A stretch of 64,000 nucleotides of DNA, from contig CAXXTH010000017.1 of NCBI GenBank assembly GCA_963668025.2, forward strand, positions 384,001 through 448,000. Direction: 5' to 3'. Every line of letters begins with the position of its first letter. Within the stretch, counting starts at the first letter, position 1. Origin of the DNA: Candidatus Hydrogenedentota bacterium (lineage in GTDB: Bacteria; Hydrogenedentota; Hydrogenedentia; Hydrogenedentales; SLHB01). Position numbers and translations under genes: made by a program. Positions 36,896 to 47,801 of the stretch are shown in pieces. Under the pieces are notes generated by a model that was given only the letters and a program-made list of their open reading frames with translations, had not been told where the DNA came from and made no database searches.

Positions 36896-37504
36896 TTATA
36901 AGAAGATGGCCCGGCCGCCATCCATGCAGTCGAAGAGATGCACGCCCAATTCGCGCAAGAGGAGATCGAGGCGGACCATGGGGAAGCCCAGCACATTCTG
37001 ATAACAGCCCTGGTATCCTTGCACGAGGAGGCTGCCAGGCCCATCGACGGTATACGCGCCCGCGCGGTCGAGCGGATTGACCGCCTCGACGAACTGCGCG
37101 ATTTCGCGTGGGGAGAGGGAACGGAATTGCACGTCCGTGGACTCGAATCCCTCCGCCGTTTTTCCGGATGCGGTGTCCATCAAGGCAAGCCCAGTCAGGA
37201 CTTGGTGGCTGCGGCCAGACAGGCGGCTGAGCATGGCGCGCGCCCCGGCCGCATCGGCGGGCTTGCCTAGGACATGTTCATCGACAAACACGAGCGTATC
37301 GGCGGCGATGACAATGGCGGGGCCATCGAGCCGCGCCACGGTCTCGTCCCGTTTGGCGCGGGCATTCGATATAACTAATTCGGCGGGCGATGCGCCCTCG
37401 AAACTCTCGGGCGCATCGCTCGGTATTACCTCAAATACAACGCCCAGGGCCGCCAGCAAGGCGCGGCGGCGCGGCGATGCGGAAGCCAGCACCAGGCGCA
37501 TCAC
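36896..37504 (-). CDS. maf: Maf/YhdE nucleoside triphosphate pyrophosphatase
   Basis: LVLASASPRRRALL, IAADT, LGKP, LSGRSH, DRAGAY, NVLG.P. Confidence 0.92.
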   Translation of the reverse strand: MMRLVLASASPRRRALLAALGVVFEVIPSDAPESFEGASPAELVISNARAKRDETVARLDGPAIVIAADTLVFVDEHVLGKPADAAGARAMLSRLSGRSHQVLTGLALMDTASGKTAEGFESTDVQFRSLSPREIAQFVEAVNPLDRAGAYTVDGPGSLLVQGYQGCYQNVLGFPMVRLDLLLRELGVHLFDCMDGGRAIFL

Positions 37505-38301
37505 GCTTTGGGTTCGCCTTCCGTGGCGGCTTTTTCTGCTGGCGCGGCGGCGGGAGCTTCCGCAGCAGGCGCTTCGAGCACCTTGGCCGTTGGCAGATAC
37601 TCGATATCCTGCTCGACGGTGCGGAAATTCGTTTCGTCTTCGACGACCTTTGTGCCTTTAGGAACAGCGATCTGTGTTTGCTTGGCGTCCACTGGCTTGT
37701 TGATGGAAAAATTCTCGAACGTTAGCACCACTTCAGATTCCGCGTCATTGATGATGTGGATTTTTACGGGCAGGTAATCCTCCGCGCGCAAATAGACGCG
37801 CACCCGCTCGAACAAGGGCCGCTCGCCGCCTTCGGTGGTTTTTGGCCGCAGCAGCAAGCCTTTCGCGGCGCGGGGATTCTCAGCGCCAGGCTCGAACAGT
37901 TCGATGTCGTAGGCCTTTTCAAGGTCGGAAAATTCGCTCTCGAACGCGGAGAAGAGGACATCCATTTGGAGATCCGCCGCGCGGTTGTAAATAGAGACTT
38001 GCTCGTTTTCAGGCTCGTATTGGAACAAGCGCGTGTGGTCCACCAGCATGACCATGCCCGGCTTGCCTTCTTTCTGGTCAATGCGGAACACCAAGCGGCG
38101 GGGTTCCGTGTAGAGCAAGTTGCCCGAGTCGGTGAGGGTGTCTTCCACGCCGCCCGCGCGCGTGGTCACTTCTTGCACGAACGGGGCTTGCAGCGCATGA
38201 ATGCCCGCGCGTTTGCTGGCGAGTTCTTGCAGAAATGCGTTTACATCGGCATTGGGCTGCGCCGTTGTGGCGGCAACCAAGGCCAGCATTAGGGATAGCA
38301 T
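37501..38301 (-). CDS. lolA: Outer-membrane lipoprotein carrier LolA-like protein
   Basis: Signal peptide, A.FVQ, SGNLLY..P, YEPENEQV, LTF.NF.IN. Confidence 0.6.
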   Translation of the reverse strand: MLSLMLALVAATTAQPNADVNAFLQELASKRAGIHALQAPFVQEVTTRAGGVEDTLTDSGNLLYTEPRRLVFRIDQKEGKPGMVMLVDHTRLFQYEPENEQVSIYNRAADLQMDVLFSAFESEFSDLEKAYDIELFEPGAENPRAAKGLLLRPKTTEGGERPLFERVRVYLRAEDYLPVKIHIINDAESEVVLTFENFSINKPVDAKQTQIAVPKGTKVVEDETNFRTVEQDIEYLPTAKVLEAPAAEAPAAAPAEKAATEGEPKA

Positions 38302-38320
38302 AAGATGGTCTCCTTCTCGA

Positions 38321-39061
38321 TCATAGTTCCCGGTTATCATGGGCGCTATCTTTTGCGCGCCATTTTTTTGGACTCAACATATTTGTCCACGACTTGCGAA
38401 GAGGGCCTCCAGGCAAGGTGGCGTTATCCGCTTCGCCATCGGGGTCAAAGCGGGGCGCTTCCGGCAACTGTAGCACAGGCGCGGGAGCAGGCGCCGGAGC
38501 AGCCGGTTTCTCGATGGCGGGGCGCTCCGGATGCTTGGGAGGCGCAGGCGGCGCAGCAGACTCCGCAGGCAGAGGCTCGACGGTCTCGATAAGCTGGCGG
38601 TGTGTTTCGAGCAACGCCAGCATGTCCGTGCGCAAGCGATTGCGCTTCGCCTTGAGCGTTAAAACCTCGTCCGAGAGCTTTTCGGTGGCGCGGGCCAGTT
38701 CGAGCTCCGCCTGGGCCTGTTTAGTCTTGGCGTCCTCGAGGATAGCGTCCGCTTTCCGGCGGGCGGAATCCACCATGTCCGCGCTAAAATTTTGGGAAGA
38801 AACCAGGGCGTTGCGAAGGGTCTCCTCCATTTGGTGGCATTCCTCGAGCCGGGTTTGCTGCTCGCGGTTTTGGCTTTCGAGCGCGCGCACCCGCGCCGCG
38901 AAAGTTTCCAGGGTGGCGGCTATCTGTTCAAGATATTCGTCCACCTCGATGGTTTTATAGCCGCCCATGGCCGCCCGCTTGAATTGGCGGTTCAGCACGT
39001 CGTTTGCCGTGATACTTGGGATTGGGCCAAATTGATCCGCCACAGCACGCTCTTTGCTCAT
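38321..39061 (-). CDS. DivIVA domain protein
   Basis: ITANDVLNRQFKR..GGY...EVDEYL followed by a coiled coil. Next to proC. Confidence 0.85.
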   Translation of the reverse strand: MSKERAVADQFGPIPSITANDVLNRQFKRAAMGGYKTIEVDEYLEQIAATLETFAARVRALESQNREQQTRLEECHQMEETLRNALVSSQNFSADMVDSARRKADAILEDAKTKQAQAELELARATEKLSDEVLTLKAKRNRLRTDMLALLETHRQLIETVEPLPAESAAPPAPPKHPERPAIEKPAAPAPAPAPVLQLPEAPRFDPDGEADNATLPGGPLRKSWTNMLSPKKWRAKDSAHDNREL

Positions 39062-39102
39062 ACGTCCTCCATATTGCATAGACGTCCGCCAGGCTTAACC
39101 AT

Positions 39103-39912
39103 TCATTTTCCCAGTTCTTTCGAGCGCGCGGCGGCGGCCTTGACGCCCTCTCGAATCATATGCTCGAAACCGAGCGCGCGGAATTGCTCGAGGGCGGCGA
39201 AAGTGGTGCCGCCTTTCGATGTGACGCGCTCGCGCAGCACGGCAGGGATTTCACCCGACTGGGTAAGCAGGAGCCCGGAACCCAGGCAGGTCTGGGCGGC
39301 CAGGCGCGTGGCCTGGTCTTCCGGCAATCCCAGCTCCACCGCCGCTTTCACCATACATTCGACAAGATAGAAAAAGTAGGCGGGGCCGCTGCCCGACAAC
39401 GCCGTAATCGCATCAATAGCCGATTCCGGCACTTGTTCGGACATGCCCACGGAATTGAAAATAAGCCGCGCGATTTCGGAATCGGAAGGGATGCAATGCG
39501 CGCCCAGGGCAAACGCGGCGGCTCCCGCATTGACCATGGCGGGCGTATTGGGCATGACGCGAATGACGCGCAGTCCCGCGCCTAAACGCGACTCCAAGTA
39601 CTCCGTGCTGATGCCTGCGGCAATCGAGAGCACCAAGGCGCCGGCGGCGAGATGCCCGCGAATCTCCTCGAGGGCTTCTTCCATGGTTTGCGGCTTCACG
39701 GCCAGTAGCAGGCAGGCGCAGCGCGCCGCCAGGTCCGCCGGAGATTCCGCCACACCCGCGCCCATCGCCCGGGCGGATTCCCGCTTAGCGGGGTCAATAT
39801 CATACGCTAGGATGGAATGGGCGGGGATGGCTCCCGTGGCGGCCACGCCTTGAGCGATGGCATGCCCCATGTTGCCGAAACCGAGAAATCCTAGCAGGCC
39901 TTGAAACGCCAT
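39103..39912 (-). CDS. proC: Pyrroline-5-carboxylate reductase
   Basis: GFLGFGNMG, LAVKPQ, SIAAG, RVMPNTP, SGSGPAY, VTSKGGTT. Confidence 0.95.
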   Translation of the reverse strand: MAFQGLLGFLGFGNMGHAIAQGVAATGAIPAHSILAYDIDPAKRESARAMGAGVAESPADLAARCACLLLAVKPQTMEEALEEIRGHLAAGALVLSIAAGISTEYLESRLGAGLRVIRVMPNTPAMVNAGAAAFALGAHCIPSDSEIARLIFNSVGMSEQVPESAIDAITALSGSGPAYFFYLVECMVKAAVELGLPEDQATRLAAQTCLGSGLLLTQSGEIPAVLRERVTSKGGTTFAALEQFRALGFEHMIREGVKAAAARSKELGK

Positions 39913-39916
39913 GATG

Positions 39917-40432
39917 TTATACCTCGAGCGGCGCGGTTTCCTCTGAAAGCTCATTGGCTGCCAGGCCGCGAATGACAGCCACTTCGTCACAATCCAGAAA
40001 CATGGGACACCGGACGCAGTCCCGGAACACCTTGTTTGGCAGCACATGCTTGTCGATTTCCTCGAAGCCATGCCGCTTAAAGAAGCCGGGCACGCGCGTT
40101 AAAGCATACACCCGCGTGATGTCCAGCGAACGGGCCTCATCGAGAACGGCATGGACCAGCCCGGTTCCTACTCCTAGGCCCCGCAATTCCCTTCGCACCA
40201 CCAGCGTACGCAATTCGGCGAGATTTTCAAGGTCGATATGCAACGCGCAGCAGCCGCCGATGCCGTTTTCGTCCACGAAGATATGGAATTCCCGGAGGCT
40301 GGCATAGAGTTCCACGGTCGTGCGGGGCAGCAAAGTTCCATGGGCCACCTCCGAGTCGATAAGGGCCTTCATGGCCGCTACATCCGTCACCCGGGGCTTG
40401 CGAATCCTTGCGATATCCACTTGATGTGTCAT
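39917..40432 (-). CDS. GNAT N-acetyltransferase (short ArgA-like amino-acid acetyltransferase)
   Basis: LLPR, GCCALH, LAELRTL.V, RGLGVG, FF...GF, LPNKVFRDC..CP...CDE. Confidence 0.78.
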   Translation of the reverse strand: MTHQVDIARIRKPRVTDVAAMKALIDSEVAHGTLLPRTTVELYASLREFHIFVDENGIGGCCALHIDLENLAELRTLVVRRELRGLGVGTGLVHAVLDEARSLDITRVYALTRVPGFFKRHGFEEIDKHVLPNKVFRDCVRCPMFLDCDEVAVIRGLAANELSEETAPLEV

Positions 40433-40518
40433 CAAAGCCTCCTTTGGCCGCAAGAGGCGTCCGCCAAAGCGGAGTTTCATGCTCCACGCCACAGCCGAAT
40501 AAGGAACCCATTAGCGAG

Positions 40519-40546
40519 AAGGGGATCCCCCATCGGGGATCCCCTT
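40519..40546. terminator. Perfect hairpin downstream of the FNR gene (terminator or mRNA stabiliser)
   Basis: AAGGGGATCCCC-CATC-GGGGATCCCCTT. Confidence 0.55.
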
Positions 40547-40577
40547 AAATGGCTTCTTGTAACCCGTCACGCCGAAT

Positions 40578-41444
40578 TTAGTAGATCAATTCAAACCAGC
40601 GTTTCTTCGAGATAAGGTCTTCTTTTGTGCGCCGCCACACTTCTTCCGAACCAGCAATCTTGCTCAACGCTTTGTCCAGGGCTTCCTGCACGGAAATTAA
40701 GCCGGCGACATAGACATTCGTGAGCGGGTCTTTAACCATTTCCCACACTTCCACTTCATTCTCTTCGAGGCTGCGGTCGAGGGCGACCGGCGCGCCCATG
40801 GCCGGGCGGGGGCTTAAGGACTCGAACGCCTTGAACGACTCTTGGTCGTAATAATTGGTGAAGTCATTCTTCACGTCATTCATATAGAGCAGTTCCATGC
40901 CTTGTTTGGCGCCGTAGAATAGGCGGACTTTGCCTTTCCAGCTTCCGCCCTGCTCTTTGTAGATCTTCTTGATGAATGCGCGGAAGGGGGCGATGCCCGT
41001 GCCCATGCCGATCATCAGCAAATTAATATTCGGGTCCGTGGGCAGCGCGAACGCGCCGCCGTAGGGGCCGGTGATCGTGACGGCGTCGCCCGGTTGGCGG
41101 TCGCACAAATAATTCGAGGCTACGCCTTTCTCACTTTCGCCGCTGAAATCGTCAATGTAGAAGCAACGGCGCACGGCAATGGCGAAACGGTTCTTGCCGC
41201 CAGCCTCACCCTTGCTGCTTGCGATGGAGTACAAACGGAAATGTTGCTTCGCGCCAAGGCCCGGAGCCGCAGGGGTCAGGATACCGATATTCTGCCCTTC
41301 CACCCAATCAAAAGCGGGGTCGTCCACGTCCAAGACGATGTGGCGCACTTCGACTTCGCTATTTTCGGGCGTGATCCGCTCCGTTTCCACTATTTTTGCC
41401 TGATAGGTCTTGCTGGTATCGTAGTCACTCAGTCGCTGATGCAT
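40578..41444 (-). CDS. Plant-type ferredoxin-NADP+ reductase
   Basis: EGQNIG, RLYSIAS, GVASNYLC, TGPYG, GTGIAPFR, LFYG, C-terminal Tyr. Confidence 0.85.
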   Translation of the reverse strand: MHQRLSDYDTSKTYQAKIVETERITPENSEVEVRHIVLDVDDPAFDWVEGQNIGILTPAAPGLGAKQHFRLYSIASSKGEAGGKNRFAIAVRRCFYIDDFSGESEKGVASNYLCDRQPGDAVTITGPYGGAFALPTDPNINLLMIGMGTGIAPFRAFIKKIYKEQGGSWKGKVRLFYGAKQGMELLYMNDVKNDFTNYYDQESFKAFESLSPRPAMGAPVALDRSLEENEVEVWEMVKDPLTNVYVAGLISVQEALDKALSKIAGSEEVWRRTKEDLISKKRWFELIY

Positions 41445-41889
41445 CGCGTGGTCTCCATGGATTGCGCTATGGACCGTTAGGAATCCGTAACAATCGTTTC
41501 CCGCTTCAATTCATTCGGCGCGCCTCGCCCCAATAGGCAAGACGCAGGCATTTTGGCGAATGTGCGCGTCCCACGGCAAGAAAAAGCGGCCTGCGCGCAA
41601 GTTGCACACCCTCAATATCCTACGAATTATGGAAGCGCTCTGTCAAACCTGTCTGAAAAACTAAAAATTTCGGATAAGAATGCCCCTATGCGGAAAAGGC
41701 GGGGCGCGCGCATGGTGATGAAGGCAACAGTGTTCCAGCATATTTTTTCGCAACATAGCCCCCTTCACTATTCTTTATCTGCCTATCAAAAGAGGAAAGC
41801 CATTGGCGCGCATCTTTCCGTTGGTGTAGAATCATACGGGCATGGGGATATGCGCCTCGCAGCATATGACAGAAGGAGATAGGCGTTGA

Positions 41890-43314
41890 ATGGCGCTCAA
41901 GCAGCATAAAACAGCCGTCTTTTTCGCGGAAGCAGCGCTGGACGCCATGTGCATACTGGCCGCTGGATGGCTCGCGGCGCGGATGGCTTTTCCAGAAGGG
42001 AAAGAAGCCTTTAGCGCGTATTTTAATGAGCGGCTGGGCTATATCATCGTATTCGTCGTGGCATGGTGGGTGGCTGCGGGCGATCAGCGCCTTTTCACTT
42101 CCCGCCGTGGTGAGTCCATTCGGGCGCAGTTGTACCATGTGGCCAAAGCAGCGGCGATTGCATTGATTTTCTCTGGCTTCCTGGTTGTTTTCTTCACCCA
42201 GCGCCGTATCGAACCGCGTTTTATGCTGGGTTTCGGCGCATGCGCGCTCGTGGGGCTGGCGCTATGCCGCGCGGGAGTGCGGGTGTTTCTCTGGGTTATC
42301 CGGCGCAAGGGGTACAATTTTCGACAGATTTTATTCATTGGTGCGAATGAACGGGCGAATAAGCTGCTCGTGCAAATGGTCGGCGAAGGCGAGCATGGCT
42401 ACCAGCTTGCGGGCGTATTGGATGATGATCCGACGCGCATGCATTTTTTTGAGCCTCACGAAGTGCCGTATCTCGGGACGCTTAATGAACTCGAGGTCGT
42501 CCTGACCAACCATGTCATTGACGAGGTGTATATCTGCCTGCCCATCCGCACCTATTACGAGCGGATGAGCAGCATCGCATATTTATGTGAAAGTTCTGGG
42601 ACGCCTATCCGGCTGATTACCGATTTATTTCCCCCGCGTTTTGCCGTGCGCCGCATCCGGCAATATGGCGATATCCCTATTTTATCCATGTCGGCCGTGC
42701 CGGAAGCGAAGCTCGAGCTTCTGCTCAAGCGCTCCATCGATCTGCTGGTTTCCTCCGCGTTCATGCTCCTGGTGGCGTGGTGGCTGTTTCCCATTGTGGC
42801 CCTGTGCATCAAGCTCGAATCAAAAGGGCCGGTGTTTTTCCGGCAAGAGCGCGTAGGGCTCAATCATCGCCGCTTCAAGATGATCAAATTCCGGTCGATG
42901 GTGGCCAATGCGGAAGAACTCAAGCGGAAGCTCGAGGAGCAAAACGAGGCGGTTGGGCCCATATTCAAGATGCGGCGGGATCCGCGCATGACCCGTATCG
43001 GGCGGATTATCCGAAAGTTCAGCATTGATGAACTGCCCCAGTTTATCAACGTGTTCGTGGGCCATATGAGCCTGGTGGGCCCCCGTCCGCCGCTTCCGCG
43101 TGAAGTAGAGCTGTATACTTGGGAGCAGCGCCGCCGCTTGAGCGTGCGCCCAGGCATCACGGGGCTTCAGCAAGTCAGCGGCCGCAGCGACCTCACGTTC
43201 GAGCAATGGGTGGAACTCGACCTCCAGTACATTGACAACTGGCGGTTTATGGACGATATCCGCATCCTGATCCGCACGTTTGAAGTGGTGGTGCTGGCGC
43301 GCGGCGCGGCATGA
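41890..43314 (+). CDS. Polyprenyl-phosphate sugar phosphotransferase (WcaJ/CpsE-like priming glycosyltransferase)
   Basis: Four N-terminal TMs, KRSID, FFRQERVG, KFRSM, DPR.T, SIDELPQF.NV..G.MSLVGPRP, PGITG. Confidence 0.92.
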   Translation: MALKQHKTAVFFAEAALDAMCILAAGWLAARMAFPEGKEAFSAYFNERLGYIIVFVVAWWVAAGDQRLFTSRRGESIRAQLYHVAKAAAIALIFSGFLVVFFTQRRIEPRFMLGFGACALVGLALCRAGVRVFLWVIRRKGYNFRQILFIGANERANKLLVQMVGEGEHGYQLAGVLDDDPTRMHFFEPHEVPYLGTLNELEVVLTNHVIDEVYICLPIRTYYERMSSIAYLCESSGTPIRLITDLFPPRFAVRRIRQYGDIPILSMSAVPEAKLELLLKRSIDLLVSSAFMLLVAWWLFPIVALCIKLESKGPVFFRQERVGLNHRRFKMIKFRSMVANAEELKRKLEEQNEAVGPIFKMRRDPRMTRIGRIIRKFSIDELPQFINVFVGHMSLVGPRPPLPREVELYTWEQRRRLSVRPGITGLQQVSGRSDLTFEQWVELDLQYIDNWRFMDDIRILIRTFEVVVLARGAA

Positions 43315-43617
43315 CGCAGCCAAACTGCTTTTTCGCCACCGGGACACGGGGGAGCGCATGCCGCATCTTTAGGCATCCAGAGCGCTATTCAAATACCCAG
43401 ATTGTTTTCCAAGGCGCATAACCGCTTTTTCGGATGAATTCTCAGGATGTTGTGTTTACAAGAGCGGTTCAAGATTGTACATAGCGAGATGGCCCTAAGA
43501 TCCAGGTCTTTTATGAATATGGTGGCATAGGCGTATCGGCCATGCCACGGGAGAGGAAAAACCATTCAAGGCAAAAAAGGATTCTTGATACGAGATAGAC
43601 GAAAGCCAGAGCGGTTT

Positions 43618-45426
43618 TTATTGCGATTGCCCCGATATCCCCGGCGTTTCGCTTTCATTCCGGCAGATGCGAAATCCCAGCATGCTGGATGCGGCGTTCG
43701 GGTTTGCATGGCCTCGGGCGCTGGCGCTGCAAAACGCCGCAGGGCTGGCCCACGAGCCGCCGCGCATGACGCGCTCCATCCCCGAGGCGGGGCCTTGAGG
43801 ATTTTCCCGCGGCCCGATGGCGTAATAGGTGGGGGCATACCAGTCCGCGCACCATTCCGCCACGTTGCCTTGCATGTCATACACCCCCCAGTCATTGGCT
43901 TCTTTCGTGCCGCAAGGCTGGGCGCACGACAATGGCGGCTTGGCCGCGCTGGCATGCCAGGCGTATGTGTCCAGCGCTGCTTCGGATGGCTCCCGCGAAC
44001 TAGCCCGGCAGGCGTATTCCCATTCGGCTTCCGTGGGCAGCCGGAATTCGCCGCCCGCCAGAGACTGGAGTTTGGCGGCATAGGCCTGGGCGTTGTGCCA
44101 GCTTATATACACCGCAGGGGCATTGCTGTCGATATTCACCTCCCGGCCCTTCGCCCAAGGGCGCGCACTCATGACGGCTTCCCATTGCGTTTGCGTCACT
44201 TCGGTGGCGCTTAACCAGAAACCCCGGGTGATGGCGGCTATATGGGCGGGGGCGGCGTCGCTCTGTTGTATTCCATCTTTACCCATGACAAACACGCCTG
44301 CCGGAATATGCACGAAACGCATGGAGCCGCCGCCCGGCAAGGTGAGCTCCGCCATGCCGCGCTCTTCTTTCCAGGCGAGCATGGGGGCAAATTGGGCCGG
44401 TGTACGGGCATTCCGGGCAGTTTCGATGGATTGCGCCTGGCGTTCGCGGGCAATCATGCCTCCCAAATAATAGATTGCCATTCCCGCCATCGCGACGACC
44501 GCCAAAGCCGCCACCCAAGATGCGGCGCCTGTTCTGGGGCGTGAACGGGAAGGCGCCGCGGCCACTGGCTGCGGCGAAGGCGCCGATTCAATGCATTGCT
44601 CCAGGGCCGTACGGAACTCCCGCATGCTGGGGAATCGCGTTTCCAGCGGCGCAACCGCCCCCGAAAGGACATGCTGGCAGGAGGGGCTGAGGGTTTGAAA
44701 AGCTTCGGAGCTTTCCACCGGCGGCTTAAGGCGTTTGCCTGCCAGCAATTCGCCAAAGATGACGCCGAGGGCGTATACATCGGCCCGCCCATCCACATAG
44801 GCTCCTTCTTCGCCTTGCTCGGGGGCGGTGTAATACGCTTTGCCCCGGGCCTTGTCTGGCGGAGCATCCGCATTCAATAATCGGGCGATGCCAAAATCTA
44901 GCAGCTTGACCCCATCACCAACCACCATGATGTTTTCGGGAGAAATATCTTGGTGTACTAAGAGGGTATGCGCCTGTTCAAGCGCGAGGCACAATGGTTG
45001 CAGCAAGCGTACGGCGGCGCGCAACGAGAAAAGGCCCTGTTCATTCATGAGCGCCCGAAGTGTTTTCCCTTCCAGAAGCTCCATGGTGTAGAACAAGAGG
45101 CGTCCTTCGCGGCGCACATCATACACCGCCACCATACTCGGATGGCGCAACCGGCGCGCCAGGGTGGCTTCTTGTAGAAAGCGGTCGATCACGCCGGGCC
45201 GTTCCAGGCGGGAGGGCCGGATAGTCTTGAGGGCCAGGCGCTGCTTCGTCACCCGGTCGAACACTTCATACACCACGCCCATGCCGCCTTTGCCGATCAC
45301 ATGGAGCACTTCGAATTGCCCCGTGATCACCTCGCCGGGCGCGAAGACAATAGGGGCCTCCGGCAAGCGTGCGCCTGCCGCCGCATTGTCGGGCGGATGA
45401 TTCCACTGCTGCTCATTTCCGGCCAT
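43618..45426 (-). CDS. Ser/Thr protein kinase - TM - SUMF1/FGE-sulfatase domain protein
   Basis: IGKGGMG, ALK, HQDISPEN, DFG, APE, one TM, then RLPTEAEWEY, GNVAEW, RGGSW, GFR. Confidence 0.88.
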   Translation of the reverse strand: MAGNEQQWNHPPDNAAAGARLPEAPIVFAPGEVITGQFEVLHVIGKGGMGVVYEVFDRVTKQRLALKTIRPSRLERPGVIDRFLQEATLARRLRHPSMVAVYDVRREGRLLFYTMELLEGKTLRALMNEQGLFSLRAAVRLLQPLCLALEQAHTLLVHQDISPENIMVVGDGVKLLDFGIARLLNADAPPDKARGKAYYTAPEQGEEGAYVDGRADVYALGVIFGELLAGKRLKPPVESSEAFQTLSPSCQHVLSGAVAPLETRFPSMREFRTALEQCIESAPSPQPVAAAPSRSRPRTGAASWVAALAVVAMAGMAIYYLGGMIARERQAQSIETARNARTPAQFAPMLAWKEERGMAELTLPGGGSMRFVHIPAGVFVMGKDGIQQSDAAPAHIAAITRGFWLSATEVTQTQWEAVMSARPWAKGREVNIDSNAPAVYISWHNAQAYAAKLQSLAGGEFRLPTEAEWEYACRASSREPSEAALDTYAWHASAAKPPLSCAQPCGTKEANDWGVYDMQGNVAEWCADWYAPTYYAIGPRENPQGPASGMERVMRGGSWASPAAFCSASARGHANPNAASSMLGFRICRNESETPGISGQSQ

Positions 45427-45495
45427 GGCGGACTCCCTGTGTGCGTTATCATACAGGAGAAGCCTGTTCGGACGCAGCTTGAAGCACCGAATTGA

Positions 45496-46776
45496 TTATT
45501 TCGCCGCATCCCCGGCCATGGGCACATCGAGCGGGCCGAAGCATGGAATTAGCATGTCGCGCTCGTCGGTGACATTCATCACCGGATTCAACCCGCCTCC
45601 ACAAATCAGCTTCACCGGCGATGTGATGGGCGTGGGCACGTGAAGGATCAGCCCCGCGGGATCCTGCGGATCGAGATCCACCCGGTAAACCACCCATGGA
45701 ATGGGCGTTGATGGTGCGCCAAGAATTTCAAACTGCTTGGGTTCACCCGCCGCTTTGAGCCGCCCGCTTACCCCACTGAAGTGCAGCTTGATAATCCCCT
45801 GGCCCCGCTCTTTTACATCCTCATATTTGATGGATTCCAGATCGATGGGCTGGCCGTGGTCCGGTTTTTGATATACACACGTCAGCGCGACTTCGGCCAG
45901 GCGCTGCCCTAGATGCCGCTGCCCTTCTGCTGAAAGGTGGACGTGGTCCGTCATTGGCAGGTCCGCCGCGGACACCATATATACATGCTGCCGCAACCTT
46001 GGGATCTGGCGCTGTATTTCACGGATTTTCTCCCAGTTCGCCGCATCCTGATTGTCTGGCGTGATCATTCGCGCGGCCTGGACCGAAATAATGGGCAGGT
46101 CCGGCACGCCGGTATCACGCCGCAAGCAATCCACCAGGTGCAGCATGCTTTCTTGATACGTTTCGGAGGCCCCTTGTTGGAACCAGAGCACTCCCTTGAT
46201 CTTCCCGACGCCACCGATGGTGCGGATGCGGTTGATCATCGCGCCGTAATGCGAGTTGCCGCCTTTATCTACAAGATCGGGATTCCATTCGTCGATAGTG
46301 GTGCCGCCTTGGGCGCAGGGGATCAAGGCGATAGGCCGCCCCGTCTCCTTGAGCACCGCGCGGGCAAAGCTCAAGCCGGGGCCTACTCCGCCAATCGGGT
46401 GGGCAAGGCTGGCTTCACGCAACGAATTCAACCTTTGCTCCAGCGCGGTCTTTTCTTCGGGTGTTTGGGCCGCTGACATTAAATGCTGGTGATAGACAGG
46501 CGCTTTGGTCAGAAATAACCAATGAATAGGTTCCTGCGCGATCTTCCATTCGTCCATCATGCTGAACATCATCAACCGGGGATCTTCGTTCTCCGGCTCA
46601 GTAGCCAGTTCGACTCCCCCTATATTGGAATGGCCAGCCAAGATCCATAGGTCGGCATCAATGGGACAAGGGTTGATATGCCCGTCATCTTCATTGGGCG
46701 ATGCGTACAAAGGGGTCATGCACCCAAGTGCCAAAATGGCGATTACCAGCAGATGTAAACAGCGGATTTTCTTCAT
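45496..46776 (-). CDS. Secreted sialate O-acetylesterase (SASA/SGNH) family protein
   Basis: Signal peptide, ILAGHSN (GQSN variant), VGPGLSFA, CAQGGT, DHVHL. Confidence 0.75.
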   Translation of the reverse strand: MKKIRCLHLLVIAILALGCMTPLYASPNEDDGHINPCPIDADLWILAGHSNIGGVELATEPENEDPRLMMFSMMDEWKIAQEPIHWLFLTKAPVYHQHLMSAAQTPEEKTALEQRLNSLREASLAHPIGGVGPGLSFARAVLKETGRPIALIPCAQGGTTIDEWNPDLVDKGGNSHYGAMINRIRTIGGVGKIKGVLWFQQGASETYQESMLHLVDCLRRDTGVPDLPIISVQAARMITPDNQDAANWEKIREIQRQIPRLRQHVYMVSAADLPMTDHVHLSAEGQRHLGQRLAEVALTCVYQKPDHGQPIDLESIKYEDVKERGQGIIKLHFSGVSGRLKAAGEPKQFEILGAPSTPIPWVVYRVDLDPQDPAGLILHVPTPITSPVKLICGGGLNPVMNVTDERDMLIPCFGPLDVPMAGDAAK

Positions 46777-47210
46777 TGATTCACTCCCATTCCTTAATCG
46801 ATTGCCTCTGTTCACAACCTGCACATCCTGGCATATGATTCGTGTCGATTCAGGCGGCATTTCAGATCCTGGCATACGGTTGACAGTGCAGCAACACTAT
46901 ATAAACTCATATTTGAAGTCAATGCCGTTTTGGTTTACACGGGATTCCATGGGTTATCGGGGCAAGCGCTAACGGTGTTGTTAACGCCATCTAGTTTTAT
47001 TTTTCCTTAACATAGGCATGTTGTAATGTCCGGGGTGCGCCATATGCGCACACAGTGGACGCTTCATATATAATATGCCGTTCCGTCCAATAGCTAGCGA
47101 AACAATGAGGAGGCGCATGGTTGGAATTCTGGAAACAAGCGGAAAGGTCAATTTCACGGCGGGCTCGTTTTTTGACATCCCACACCTCGGACCGGGGCGT
47201 TCAAGCGCCC

Positions 47211-47801
47211 ATGAAGCTGCTCACGGCAAGCTTGCTGGGAGGCAGCATCGCCTCCATTTTCTTTTTCGATTGGCCCATTGCGGCGTTTTTTCATGAACGC
47301 TATTACACGTGGCTTGTGCATCTCATCGACTTATGGCAAATATGGGGCGAATCCCAGTGGTATATTGGCGGCGGATTGCTGGCGTATGTGCTGTTTTGGC
47401 GAAACCGCCCGAATGCCGCATGGAATGGCTTATACCTGTGCGCTGCCGTGGCGTCGACGGGCGTGGCCGTGAATGGATTAAAGCTCCTATTCGCCCGCGC
47501 GCGGCCCGATTTTCCGCTGTATGAAGGCATCCATGGTTTTTGTAACTACAGCCACATGTTCCTGGTGAAATCTTTTTCGTTTCCCTCGGGCCATACCGTG
47601 ACGGCGTTCACGGCGGCCACGGCGCTGGGATATATGCTGCCGCGGCTTCGCGTGCTATGGTATATGTGCGCCTTTTTAGTGGCCTTTTCCCGGGTGATGA
47701 CCACGGTGCATTTTTTAAGCGATGTATTGGCGGGGGCATGGCTCGGCATCGCGGGCGCGGTATTCATATCCAGGTTGATGTACAAGGAGCCGCTGCGATG
47801 A
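47211..47801 (+). CDS. PAP2-family membrane phosphatase (LpxE/LpxF or undecaprenyl-PP phosphatase-like)
   Basis: KLLFARARP, SFPSGH, SRV...HFLSDV. Confidence 0.85.
   Translation: MKLLTASLLGGSIASIFFFDWPIAAFFHERYYTWLVHLIDLWQIWGESQWYIGGGLLAYVLFWRNRPNAAWNGLYLCAAVASTGVAVNGLKLLFARARPDFPLYEGIHGFCNYSHMFLVKSFSFPSGHTVTAFTAATALGYMLPRLRVLWYMCAFLVAFSRVMTTVHFLSDVLAGAWLGIAGAVFISRLMYKEPLR

Noticed and set aside
25631-45426. Two FGE-sulfatase (CLec-fold) genes as possible diversity-generating retroelement targets
   Set aside because: No reverse transcriptase and no template repeat differing at adenines is visible in the window, and their C-terminal DNA is not duplicated nearby.
43618-45426. HQD instead of HRD in the kinase catalytic loop as a sign of inactivity
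   Set aside because: The catalytic Asp, Asn, DFG, APE and ATP-binding Lys are retained; non-RD kinases are known.
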